Source: Enoplolaimus lenunculus
Lineage: Eukaryota
Assembly (NCBI GenBank): GCA_030248215.1
Contig: JASANG010002537.1
Coordinates: 124,001-188,000, forward strand
Direction of reading: 5' to 3'
DNA length: 64,000 nucleotides
Shown: positions 1-12,686 of the stretch, one piece after another
Layout: every line of letters begins with the position of its first letter
Numbering within the stretch: position 1 is the first letter of the stretch
The notes under the pieces: generated by a model
What the model was told of the DNA's origin: nothing
Databases searched by the model: none
Seen by the model: the letters and a program-made list of their open reading frames with translations, nothing else
Translations under genes and position numbers: made by a program

Positions 1-479
1 TTGTGCCAACAAATCAGTTAACTTTACCATTAATTTAACTGTTTTATTTTGATTTTGAAAAACTACCGGAACGGTTTTGGAAGTCAAAAATAGTGGTCTT
101 GATATTAGTAAGGTTGAGAAATTCGTTTTGGATTTTTGAAACGTGAATGAAATTACGTATATTAATCGATGATAATTTTTAACCCACGTTAATCAATGTG
201 ACTACCCACTAAGAGGCAGTGTCACTAGAAGAATTGGAGATTGGGAGGCTTAGGTTTAGGATTTGGCTGATGTGTAGGCATTAAATTTAGGCATAGGTTT
301 ATGTTTAGGCTTAGCGAGGTTTGGACCTTTTTTGAAGTTTCAAATACCATTCATCGCATTTTTCGAACGATTTAAATATTGTTGCAAATATAGCCGATGT
401 GTCTCCTTTGTGATGTTGACTGTAACGGACATGGATATTCACCAACGACCTTATTGGCGGAGAAGCAGCAACCTGTGCT

Positions 480-621
480 CGGGCCCGTAGCCAAGAGGGG
501 GCCAGGGGGCTGAGACCCCCCAGGAAAATTTTCAACCTTGCTTATATCTCATTGAAAGCCCTTGAATGCCCACCTAAAAGATTTTTAGCCCACCTAGCAA
601 AGTGAGCTGGCTACGGACTTG
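480..621. mobile_element. hAT-type MITE
   Basis: Perfect 8-bp TSD CCTGTGCT at 472-479 and 622-629. Imperfect TIRs CGGGCCCGTAGCCA / TGGCTACGGACTTG. Related copy at ~10485-10630; similar GCGTAGCC-type ends at ~19378-19521 and ~30219-30378. Confidence 0.8.
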
Positions 622-878
622 CCTGTGCTCTGCTGAGATTGTTAAATGTGTATAGCACCAATCATAACTTGATGACAGGTTATGTGACCTCTGAACCAAT
701 ATAATTTGTGAAATTTAAAAATTTGTACAATAATGACATTCAATTTATCCTACAATTCTGTTGTATTGCAAATAAATACATTACCCAGTCTGTTTTATAA
801 CCTATTGTTTTATCACTTTCAATAGCTATTTGCACACAGTTGAGAATTCTGCTGACTAAATTGTATTGGCTTTTTCAG

Positions 879-3800
879 TGAATTCAACACGAATATTAAA
901 CGAAGACATACACATATCGAATAGGGAAGACCAGACACCATGGATCTCTCGATTGAAAATCCGGTAACGCAATTGTTGTTCAACGAGAGATTTTTTACAT
1001 CGGTTCGCAGTATTTCTAAGATATTTTAAATTGATTTAATTCATTTTGACAATAAGGAAAACGCCCAAAATTGAGACGATAAAAAGCACAACATAATTTG
1101 GCTTTTCAGTTTTACTGTAGGCGAATGAAGGAAAAACATTTTGACAATTATAAGATGTACCTACAATTGTCGTTTTTGGCAAGTAAACTGATATACAGGA
1201 TTGTAGCATTCCTAATTTTATACTTAAACTTTACACTTGAATTTGATGTGAATGGTTGAAATACACTTGCGTTTGGTAGCTTGCAATTTCGCATTAGCAA
1301 AGTTGTGCAGATTTTTTATCATTTCAGGCTTTCTTGGTTGGAGCTACAAATGACAATTGTTCACATACATTCGTGGATTTTGCTTATCGCGTCAGTCGGA
1401 TTCATTGCTTATATTTGCTGCTGGTCGCCGAAATATGGCTCGCGAGCGAATACTAATGATTTCGTGCAAGCGAAAATCTCTGCGTTTAGCAATGCAAATC
1501 CACAGCAATGCAAAATCACTGCCTCTGTGGATTGTTTTGAGCAAAACATAGGTACGCTTGGGGCCGGTTCTGTAGCGGCCTGAGTGAGAGGTGGATAGGT
1601 AATAAGAGTCCTAGGTGACTAATTTGAGTTAATAGAAGTTTATTTCCCTAATTAAAATCAGGAAACGGATAGAGTTTAAAATTAACGCCACCAACGTCAA
1701 TTACCTTAATTCGATTGTGTGAATGCTTCCTGGACCAAACTAAAATTCAGTAGTGAATTTGATTCAAACCTAAAAGTTTACCTATATATTCATAGCAGAA
1801 TACTCAAATTTCAGACGTAAAATGCTTGGCATAATAAGTTTAGATGTGCGGTTCAAAAATCTGGAACTGAATTGAAAAATACGAAGCACTTACGAAACCA
1901 AATAGCGGGGGGTCTACGCTCACAAAAGGCTATATTAATATCAGTCACCCTCTTTTTTTCTGGTCATTACAGAATATACTACGAAAACTACGTGAACAAT
2001 TCATGAGTTAGCTACAATGTACGGACATTAAAAATATTGGAAACGGAAACGGATAGCAATGACAATACAGCAAACATACGAGCATAAAAGTTTCGCAGAA
2101 CATTATCAGTGCAATCTACCGGTACTGAGCAAGTGTGCTAAGACGTTAAACTGATGGTTAATTTGTTAATTTTAGCCAATATCTGCAATATTCTGTTAAC
2201 TTGTTTGGGTTTTACGCTAATTTCCGCCAAAATTCGGAAATACTTTCCTGAAAATTGTGACAGAAGTAAAACAAGAAGCGTTCAACAGATAAATTTTACA
2301 AAACTATGCAAAATTTTACTACCGAAATTACCGGAACCTCCGGCAAAAAAATCTGCCGGAGCTGGAGCCCAATTTTTTGCCGGAGCCGGAGCCGGAGGCA
2401 GACCTCCGGTTGTACCCTGGTCTACAAGTCTGTAATGCTTGGGTAGAAAATCAATTAGCTCACCTTATTTTGCAACCATGGATGTAATATTATAATGTTA
2501 TTTAAGCATTTTCTTCAAGACCCACCGTAAAAGTCAATAAATATTTACATATTTTTAATTTGGAGCAAACATGGATGCGGCCCATATCCAGACTGTTATA
2601 TTATATTGTCCAACTACGACAGAACTGGTATATCTTGTTTTTACCACACGAAGCATTAATAATTTATCTTGAGTGAAATTGCAGAAATACAGGCAATGCA
2701 CTAGCCCATCTAGCGGGGGCTGAGCGAGAAAGCGCACTACCTCCCGTTAGAATTTTTTTAATAAAATGGTAAGGCCCATCTTACAATTTTTGTCCCCCAG
2801 AAAACTGCGACATTACCTATAGCATAAAGTAAAAGTTGCCTTTCCTGCTTGTTCCAGTTCTCCCGTCAAAAATTTCTGCATCCGCCGCGGACCCAATATA
2901 AATATATCAGTTTCTGCAGCGACCAAGCAAATTGCTTTTTACATTTTAGACTCGATTGATCACGTTTGCCAAGCCGGGTACAACTCACGGTTTATAGTCA
3001 CTGCTAGCGACAGCCGTATCACAATCTGGAGCGTTATGGATTGCAGAAAATTTGCGCATTTCGATGTTCCAACATCGCTTTTTTGCTCCAGTTGTACGGA
3101 TGACGCATCTTCGATTCAACCAAACTTTAAACCCGTCGCAAGTGTTGCTCCGCTTAATTCAACTGGCGGAGCAAATTTGCAACGCAACGCAAATTTCACC
3201 GATGATCCAAATTTACGACAACGACGACGCGTAAATTGTCATGACGACTACGGACTGCATCGAAACGATATAAGGGCACGTAGTACGTCCGGTTTGAAAA
3301 CAGATCCAAAATCAATCGGGTTGCGGAAAATTTCAAATGAATTGTATAACGAAATGAAATCTTTGTTGGATGAGTAAGTATTGCATAATCTTTGAACTTT
3401 TTACTCGATTAATGTTAGATTTTTTTGGCAAACGCCGTTTTTCAAAATTATAACTGATATTACGTCTTATTTGAAATGGTATTCTTGCAAAGAAAAAGTT
3501 TTATATGTTCAGTTACCAGCGAAACATGTTTTTGAAGGGCAAAAAATTACACGACAGGCATGCAAAGGTTCCAAATGGTTTACAGAATGGTATAAAATTA
3601 TTCCATGGGCGACCAAAAGAATTCTGAGAACTGAGTGTCCCTCTGTCCTTCTGGTTACAGGCCTGTATACACATACATTTACGAGGATATATCTAGCAGT
3701 ATGTGTCCTTCTTATTATGAGCTGTACTTTTTTCGGCTTAGAAGCACTGATCAATATGCGAAAAGTAGAATACTTCAGAAAGTGTTGCGTTTGTTTTAGA

Positions 3801-6800
3801 GGGTTTGGTGTCAACGCTGCATCGACACGCATTCCTAAAATTTGGTGCTTAGACGCAAACGAAACCATGATATTAACCGGGTTTTCAAACGGTTTTGCAG
3901 CTGTGTTGACTGTTCAAACACCAATTACCATACTTGCTATCTTTGATCCCAATTGCCGAAGTCAACAACGCGCGTACATGGAACGCGAATCTGATTCGTC
4001 AAGCAACGGTGACGCCGGAGTGACAAAATGCGTTCTGGCTTCGAATTTTCTTTTACTGGCATACGAAAATGGCACAGTTAAGCTGGTGGAAAAGTTACAA
4101 TTGGGTTGTTTGGCATCGGTATAGTATCCTTGTTTACTTCATTTAGTTGTGTAAAGAAACGGTACATAATTGCAATGATTAATTTTTTGATCTTCACACG
4201 TTTTCACTTCTGTAAAGAGTCGAAAATGAATTGAACCAATAATGTTCATATAAACTAATTTTTAGTCTTGCAAATTGTAACCAGGGCGATGGTGGGTTTT
4301 TAGTTTAGTTCACCATATGATTACGGTACAATAATTAATTTCAAGCGCGCAGTCCTTGACAAAATGTTATTAACTATAAGCTTATATTTTCTTTTATATG
4401 CAGCTTGCAGTTGCATAATCGTGTGTAAAGAGCCAAGAAAAGTTTTTTCCATTTTTTTCACCTCTTTAAAATAGGAAATCATTTTATTACGTTCGTTTTT
4501 TGCGGTTCTGAACCCTGCTTCGAACTGTTAAAACGATTAAAATTTAAATTTTACAGCGTCCGAGAAAGCTTGCGACAATGGAATCGTATCAACTGCATCG
4601 ATGTTCAGTAACACATGTTCAGGTGAATACGTTTTATATTATGACAAGCGCAATTGATGGAACACTGGGTATTATCAGTTTGACCAACCAACGTCATAAC
4701 GTGCTAAGTATCATGGCTCATTCAAACGTGGTTACTGATTTAAAAATTGGACCAGATATTTACGGCTTTAGGTTTGTAATAATATTTTAGTTTTTTGAGC
4801 TTTTAACGATGCAACGGCTTGTACTCCAAAAAACCTTCAGTGCGCTGCACACTGGAAGCCAATAAGCGTAAGTTGATGCATAGGGAATTTTTTTTGGCGT
4901 CAGTGCGCAGCGCACGGAAGTTTTTTGGTTTCCGTACGCTAAACAGTGAAGCTTTTCGGCATCAAGTGTGTAGCGCACTGAAACTTTTTGGCTTCTCTAG
5001 TACTCATCACACTACACTGCAAAAACTCGTGAGTCACACTGACTCCCTTCGAAATAGACTTACTTTACAGGACTACACAAACTGAGTCAAATTCGACTAC
5101 ACAAATTGAGTCAAATTTGGCTCCACCAGAGTCAAACGTACGACTCGACAGTGAAAATTGATAATTTTAATTACCACTATATTATGTATCGTTCGTTGGA
5201 TCTCAGAAAAATCGTGATTTTCCAATTCACTAGATTAAATATTTCAACGTCAATCTGTATATAATATGTTTGTGTGCAGTTTTTTGTGACCAAAATAGCA
5301 AACAAATTTTTTTTAATCCTTTCAGATTCAGTACGTCATTCTGAGCACCCTGCACGAGGTTCATTACGTCATTTCTCCGCAATTTCAGGAGAGGATACAT
5401 CCCACCGATACGTTCCCGATATAGTCTCATCATTATAAATGTAACTTGTTATTGTCAGCGTGTCAAAAGCATGTCATTTAGCAGATATAACCAAGAAACA
5501 TTTTATGACTTCCATTAATTTTGTATATTTTGTACCATTTCAGTTGCGATTGTATTGGAAACGTGTGTCAAGTGAATCTTCGAAATGGCTCAGTTGAACG
5601 AACTCTACGATTTCCAGGCGAGCCTTGTCCTGTTACATGCCTGTCGTTAACTTTAGGGGTATTTTTAACAGGTACATATATAATGCTTTGCTTTACGACG
5701 AAACCGTACCCAGTGGACTCTCAATTTCTGGGTTCAATTTTTACCCTCTTTGTGATTTTTGTCCTCCGGTGTATACATTTGCTTTATTGGCTTCACAAGG
5801 AATTTCCCTTGAAAATTTTGTCCCATGTTACTTTAAGAGATGTCCAGGTTTGTGGTTGGTTTATAAAAGAGTAGGTTTAGATTCTATATTACATTTTTTG
5901 CTTAGGCTTAGACTTAAGATTAGGCTTAGGCTTAGGAACTCATTTTTGCAACGCTTAGGGTTAAGCGTATGCTTAGGAATACGCTTAATCTACTGTTACG
6001 CCCCTTAAAGTAATATTGGCCAAAATTTTTATACGACGTGACCACCTTTCCAAAACCCTGGCTTGGCCCACAGATCATGAATAAAAAGAAAACATTGGTT
6101 TTTGAAACTATATGTTTCTGGTGTAGCGGTTAGTTCATTTCAATCTTAACTTGTAAAATTTTTTCATACCAAGTTGTAATATCGCTAGTAACCTAATTTT
6201 AATAGTATATATACAAGCAGTTATAACTACTTATACAATTATAAAACGCAACATTATATAAAAGACATCAAATCGACATTTTTAAAGATTTTAATAGTAA
6301 AATCGTGGCCCGGTCGTAGAAAAGGTTTCAGGCATATTTGCCTTACATATCATCCAAAATTTTCAGTGAAATATTTCTTAAAGTGGTAGATGCAAAATTA
6401 CCACTTCAAATGGTCTTATCATGTCTGAATAAACGTACGTGCGGTTTAATAGAATAGGTAGTCATTGACGTATATATCTTGATGGATATAGAGAAACAGA
6501 AGAAGCGTTTCCTCAAAATATAATCTCACTTCAAAACGTATCAAAATCGAATATAAAAGTTTTCAAATTATGACAATGTGTTTCTATAAATTTACAAGTT
6601 TCACGCTCATTCTTGTTAATATTAATTAATAACTTTTTTCTGTGCCAGCTCAAACTGCAGATAACTCTATATGGCAATGGAAACTGGACGATAGCGGCTC
6701 ACAAATAGTCGGAGTTGTTATCAAAGCTTCGACAGAGCCGAGTATTTTTCATCATGCCTCAATTTTATCATTTGACACAAACAAATTGGTACAGGTCAAT

Positions 6801-7028
6801 TGTGACTTGGCAGGAACCATTGGTGTCAAGATATGGAACGTTACAACCAAATTGCCGGTTTCAAAACCTGATTGTGAATTAAATTTAGATCAAAGACGAT
6901 TTAGTGAAATTTTAAGCGATCTTAGTTTGTCAGCACCAAAAATCTTTCCTATTGATGAACGACAGTTTGTGATTGTATCGAATGAACTATACCGTGTAAC
7001 TAACCATTCAAATATATCTGAAATTTAG
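879..7028 (+). CDS. SCAP: SREBP cleavage-activating protein-like, 3' portion (final TM helix and C-terminal WD40 domain); spliced, 5' exons lie upstream of the window
   Basis: In-phase GT-AG exons at 879-963, 1328-1551, 2950-3373, 3800-4118, 4557-4771, 5544-5671 and 6649-7028 (stop TAG; AATAAA at 7032). The TM segment WILLIASVGFIAYICCWSPKYG is followed by WD40 blades IWCLDANETMILTGFSNG, GVTKCVLASNFLLLAYENGTV, HRCSVTHVQVNTFYIMTSAIDGTL and AHSNVVTDL, and the end NELYRVTNHS. Order and sequence parallel my recollection of vertebrate SCAP (IWSLELQGNLIVVGRSSG, GITALVFLDKRIVAARLNGSL, SELSLVYVPS). The donor at 4118 is the least certain boundary. Confidence 0.8.
2148..2446 (+). repeat. 299-bp exact copy of 10729-11027 inside a SCAP intron
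   Basis: Base-by-base identical to 10729-11027. It contains the right part of a MITE plus 27 bp of its flank. Confidence 0.92.
5820..6021. mobile_element. MITE with 8-bp TSD and internal TTAGGC-like repeats (Merlin-like termini)
   Basis: TSD AAAATTTT on both sides. TIRs GTCCCATGTTACTTTAAG / CTTAAAGTAATATTGGCC. Inverted homolog at 17785-17957. Confidence 0.75.
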
Positions 7029-7133
7029 GTTAATAAAAGAAATAATATTAACGAGTTCTGTCATTTCTAATATACTGCACCGCCGGTACAGCGTGTGTGT
7101 AAACGCTCTTACATATGGAAAACTGTGTTATAA

Positions 7134-8700
7134 TGGGTGTACGATGATTTCCTAAACGACAATTGCCCAAACGCCAGAAATCCAGAATTTCCTAAAACCA
7201 CGATTGCTCCAAGCGACGATTGACCAAACAGCAACCACCACAGAAACGTACAAAAGGAGCATAAAGCGAAACATTTCGTCTATAGAATAACCGGTCGAAA
7301 TCAAAAAACTTTCTCGCTCGCGTCTTGGCGTTAAGATTTGTTCAGCTATAGCTCGGATGCCTTATCAGCGAATTCGGACAGAAAAAACACGAAACTTGCG
7401 CGCTTTTCGCGTAGCAAGTTCCGACACAAAACAGCTTTGAAGTTCTTGCAGCGCAAATCATTCACTGAAATTCAAGCTATTAAATTCACTATGCTCATTT
7501 GAACTTTGTTGCTATTCAACTGAGTTTCTTGCACCTACCTTCGTTGCTGAGCGCTTCATGCATTTGCATAAATTCCAATATCAAAATTGTTTGGTATTTC
7601 GCACTCCACGGAGATATTTTACCTAGTTTTACAATTATTGAGCACTAAATAGAAATTCTAGGCTTTAAAAGCGTTTGAGGACAAGAAATGACGAGTAAAG
7701 CCTTGTTCAATGCATGAAAAAAGTCATTTGAAGATCTTACAGCTGCAAATTATAATCACAATGAATATACGCCAGGAATGAATTCATGTATTCACGAGTA
7801 CCTTTGCCAGTCAAATTAATCCATCATCGTTGGCTGAATTGCATATTATTCATGGTTAAATTCATGTCAAATTCAGAATGAAAATTGGAAATGATGTTTG
7901 GTTGCAAATGCCTACAGCTACAAGTAACTCTTGCAAATTGCAAGTGCGAGTTCTCGCTGCAAACTTCTGCATGTGTGAACAGAGCTTCTTTGCTAACTGT
8001 TACTTTGCACTGTTTCTCAGACTTCGTCGCACTTGACCAGTTATATATAACTGCGCATTTACACAACGCATGTTTTTTTAAGTCCGCACCGTATAATGCT
8101 GGAAAATCATCGTAGTCAGTTCTGCTCTGCTGCACTCTATATTCAACTTGTGTTGTGACCCTTGGTTTACTGGACATCTTTACTGTTTGTGTACAATTCC
8201 TCAACCGAACGCAATATGAAACTAAAATTTGCACAGAAATTCGTGGCTTCAGGGAAATGTACAGGCTTTCGAATAACCGCCAGGCTGCTAGATGTAAAAA
8301 TCCCTTGCCGTTCGCTAAACTCCTTACTAAACTTTTGGGTAGCAACGTGTGTCGATCAACAAAAAATTTTTTATGTATCCAACAAGAATATTTTACTTTG
8401 TAACAACGAATAAATTTGTTATGACTTAAATTTTGGTGAGCGTGGGACTTCACACGATTCAGCCTGCGGTTGCAGCCTGCCAAAACGTCACCCATTTTGA
8501 AAAATCATCAATTCGTCAGTAGTGCATTCATAGGCAGCCTCGCAACCAGAAATTGTTTGTGGTATAGGAGGCGAGAAAATTTATAAAGAGACGGCAAGGA
8601 AATGTTTTTCTAACTTAGAATTTTTAATTGTTGAAAAAATTTCGGCCGTACGCGTTTGGGAAATCGTGGGCAGTTGTAGTTTGGGCAATCGTCGCACTCG
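7134..8700. mobile_element. Putative degenerate TIR DNA element with a nested MITE (~7696-7989)
   Basis: The left end repeats ACGATTKMCCAAAC-like motifs, mirrored by GTTTGGGMAATCGT motifs at 8654-8700. The internal 7884-7989 segment resembles the end of the MITE at 45118-45386. Confidence 0.45.
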
Positions 8701-10632
8701 GTGTTATGGGTCCCTCGCTATTTCTCTTACTTGCAACGTATTCAGCTCCTTTGGTGAGCATGATAATTGCACGAAAGTGTATATATATTGTAGTCGGGTA
8801 AACCTAATTATTATTTTGCTAAATATTAATTGTTTTGTTTACGTTCTTGTTTATCTCACATGTCATTTCGTATATATTAAAAATCTAGTATCGCAACCTC
8901 AGTGCTCCATAAAACAAAAGTAGCTTGCATTTTCGAAACGGTAACTATTACGATCGTTTATACTACAAAGAACACAATGGAAATTGTTGCTGTATCTACT
9001 CAAATATTCAAGCAGAGGCTTGAACAATGAAAGGAATCGAGGGGCTACATCTTGTCAGTAAAGTTCTGGATAGACAAGAAAAATCACTTCTATCATATTT
9101 TTCAAATAACTTTATGAATTCTGGTTAAAAAATTTTATTATGCCTGAGTTATTACCGCTTCAAACTGAAATGCAAACAATATTACAGATCGCTCTAAGAG
9201 CCTTTATTAATATGTTTCTTTTTCGCATCAATAAAGTTGTATTCGAAGCATGATAGTGTTGCCATTGGCAACTGCTCGCAGCCAGCCATAAATGTTTTTC
9301 GCAAATACTTTTGCTGATTTTATACGCCGACAAATCATACGAAGTGTACCTACCGCTTCTCAGCACAACGCATTAGCATTATCATTCATTAAACACTCTT
9401 TAAATGAATTGCTTTCATCGTTGCTACGATGAATGCCTGTTAAGATATAAAAAATTCGCCGACAGATGATTGGCTAACGAGTTATAGTGAAATAACTGAT
9501 TTGGCGATGTCCCAAATCGCTGGCAACGCGTGAAATCAGTTTTATTCGATTATTTAAAGTTCAGTAACCAAGGGTCGGATTGTGGAGAGTTTAGCACCAT
9601 CCCAACTCAGCTTCCAAGCTTAGTTGAATGATACATAAAATTTGTGTAATAACTTTGGAGATAAACATTATTTCGGTTCGCAAACGAAGACATTAGAACC
9701 TTTAAACGATTTTTTCAAACATTAAAATTTGGGCGTGAAATGATTAGGGGAAGTCATCAGAAGCTCCGATATGCAAAAAGTTTTGAATGTCGACCATTAA
9801 GGCCCTAAAATTTTAGCACACCCAAACAACATTGCCTGGGAATGGCCCGTTAGTTTCATGTCGCAAATGCATAAAACTTTTGACATTAATAGCTTGATGT
9901 GAGCTTTCATGTCTGTGTTGTGACTATTTCAAGCTGAGCAATATGCTTTACGTATATATATTTGTATATACACGTTTACACTAATATATTTGACATAAAT
10001 TACATCATAAACAGTCTATTTTTTTAAACTGACTCTTACACTGCAAACCTTCAACTTATACCAGCCATTTTCTATGGCATCAATTCAGGAAGATACTTTT
10101 AAGAGTTTACTATATATGTGCTGCTATAAACAAGTGTAACATACTTTGAGCAATGAATATGGATCAAACTCATTGCTTACCTTCATTTGGTACTGGAGGT
10201 ATTTATTTAGTCTAATCAGGGTAATTGACGTGGACTACATCCATTTTTACGTATGCTAATTAAAAAGACTTTTATAGATTTAGACTCAAAATAGGGATGC
10301 AGACCCTTATTACATATCCCCTCTTATTCGGGTAACTGCACTAAATGTGTAAAAAAAGCGTACAAGAGCCAGAAAATTTTACTTGCGTTTAAAGCGCTCA
10401 TTACTAATATTGCTTGATATATCAAGTTCTTCCATCCGGTAGACCCAACGCTAAACGATCACGTTATTGCTTGGCAGGCCCATAGAATAGTGGGGTCAGG
10501 GGGGCTCAGCCCACCCTGGACAAAATTTGTCGCCCCGAGAAATTTTCAACCTTGCTTGTAAGTCAACGAAAACCCTTATATGCACCCACCCTGAAAATTT
10601 TGTAGCCCCCTTACAAGGCGATCTGTCTACAG

Positions 10633-11000
10633 CAGGGTGCAACCGGAGGTGAAAAATACCGGAGCCGGAGCCGGAGGTCACGAAACTTGGCGGAGCCGGA
10701 ACAGGAGGTGAGACGAAATTTGGTAGTAAAACTGATGGTTAATTTGTTAATTTTAGCCAATATCTGCAATATTCTGTTAACTTGTTTGGGTTTTACGCTA
10801 ATTTCCGCCAAAATTCGGAAATACTTTCCTGAAAATTGTGACAGAAGTAAAACAAGAAGCGTTCAACAGATAAATTTTACAAAACTATGCAAAATTTTAC
10901 TACCGAAATTACCGGAACCTCCGGCAAAAAAATCTGCCGGAGCTGGAGCCCAATTTTTTGCCGGAGCCGGAGCCGGAGGCAGACCTCCGGTTGTACCCTG
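10633..11000. mobile_element. hAT-type MITE with CCGGAG subterminal repeats, inserted in the end of another hAT MITE
   Basis: TIRs CAGGGTGCAACCGGAGGT / ACCTCCGGTTGTACCCTG. TSD GTCTACAG / GTCTACAA (7 of 8 match). Confidence 0.85.
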
Positions 11001-11205
11001 GTCTACAAGTCTGTAATGCTTGGGTAGGTTAATATTGTGTTTAAGTAGTTGGAAATTATAATTCAATTAGAACTAATCAGTTTGCTACGTTTACAAGTGA
11101 AGTTTATTGCATATTATAAAAAATAATATACCATAGCGGCTCGAGTTCTGCGTTGAGCCAGGACTGCACCGAGAAAAAATGTGCGGGTGTCTGATTGTAC
11201 GGTTT

Positions 11206-11455
11206 TACACACAAAAAAGTATTTCTGAATTTATTCACAAAAGTATTTTCTGTGGCAAATCTGACAAGTTTTTCTGATATTTAAGACAATTTTTCAAAAA
11301 ATAACTGGAAAACGTTTATTTACAAACTTTATTTCAAAACTTTTCTGAAATATTTTCTGTTATAACAGAAATACATTTCAAGTGCACATTGCTAATTATA
11401 TTTCTTAAATGTAACAAACTTTTTCTGAAATATCAGAAATATTATTTTGAGTGTA
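11206..11455. mobile_element. Small TIR element with (TA)CAC...GTG(TA) ends and TTTTCTGA subrepeats
   Basis: TACACACAAAAAAGTATTTCTGA is mirrored by TCAGAAATATTATTTTGAGTGTA. Confidence 0.55.
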
Positions 11456-12686
11456 TTGTTCAAAAGCAATAACCCCCTGCCACAGTTGAAGAAATTTAAC
11501 TCGTAAAACAAGCTATAACTTAGCTAAAACGTTTTCGCCTCGGCTCAAAGTTGCAACTCGTTGTCGAATTATAAGTTATTGTTAAAGTATATAAACCAAT
11601 ATTTACAAAGTGATGTATCTTATATTAAACCATCAGGATGCCTTCCATCTATTATGGTTTAGTGCGGATTTTAACACTTTCAAACTTTGCATAGTCAAAC
11701 TGGGACATATGCTTTTCCGTGTGTGGTTAAGCCATCTAACACCAACTTTCATAAACAGTATCACGCGGTGACTATTAAAGTTCTCTGAAATTGGAAATGT
11801 GGTTGATTATATTTTGATTTTTGCAAGTTTATTCTTTATTAGTTATAGGCATTTTAGAGCACCTGTCACTCATGCGAACAATTGGCTTTATAATCCAATT
11901 TTTAGTCAGCTTTCGCTGGATAGGTTTTATGTTAAAATATTCACATATAAACAGTTTATAATGTTTATTTTTCTACCAACACAATTGAGAAGCATAGCTA
12001 TATACAGGTGTCACTAAGTTTTCTGAAAATCAATTGGAAAACTCACGGACGCATCAAAAGTTTTAAGATTTTGGATCAATTTTGTTATTTTTGTTTGAAA
12101 TCGAAGTATAAAAACTAAATGATTCCTTACTATACTAATTCGAATTAAAAGAAGTCATGAATATTTATTTTGCCTCTCCATAAGATATTCTCTCGCTATT
12201 CGGTTCAGGCCTGTTTATCGAGCTTCAGTTTTTGGGGCAAACCCCTTTAATTACCTTATTATTCCAGCCATTTCTATGGTTTATTAGTTCATTAAGACTT
12301 GAATATGCTGCTACGAATATATATAATTTTGAGAAATGAAACAATTTCCTTACTGAGCTTAACGTTGCCCTGCTAGCATTCGCACAATCTGATTAGGATA
12401 ATTAACATTTATGAACTAGAGCTCTAAAATTACGAAAATAGACTCCTATTGATTCAGATACAAAATAGAGATCCCGACTCACTTAATACCTTGTCCATCT
12501 TTCGGGTCACTACAACACGTAGTTTGCAACTAGAAGTGAAATAACGAAAATTCCGGCATTTCCACAACGGAAACGGACCTAGACTTGTACCGCAAAACAG
12601 GTATCCGGTTGCACCGTGGAACGTATGCATGTAAATATTGAAGTTTTGTAGAGTTGTTTTTACAAGCAATTTGTGTAAATAAAATA

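Noticed and set aside
3471..3799. 5' part of the 217-aa ORF with a TM-like stretch
   Set aside because: It falls inside the SCAP intron 3374-3799; only 3800 onward fits the spliced WD40 frame.
10687..11016. Duplicated 93-109 aa ORF (also 2154-2435)
   Set aside because: It lies within a non-coding MITE, and the GAGAG peptide comes from CCGGAG subterminal repeats.
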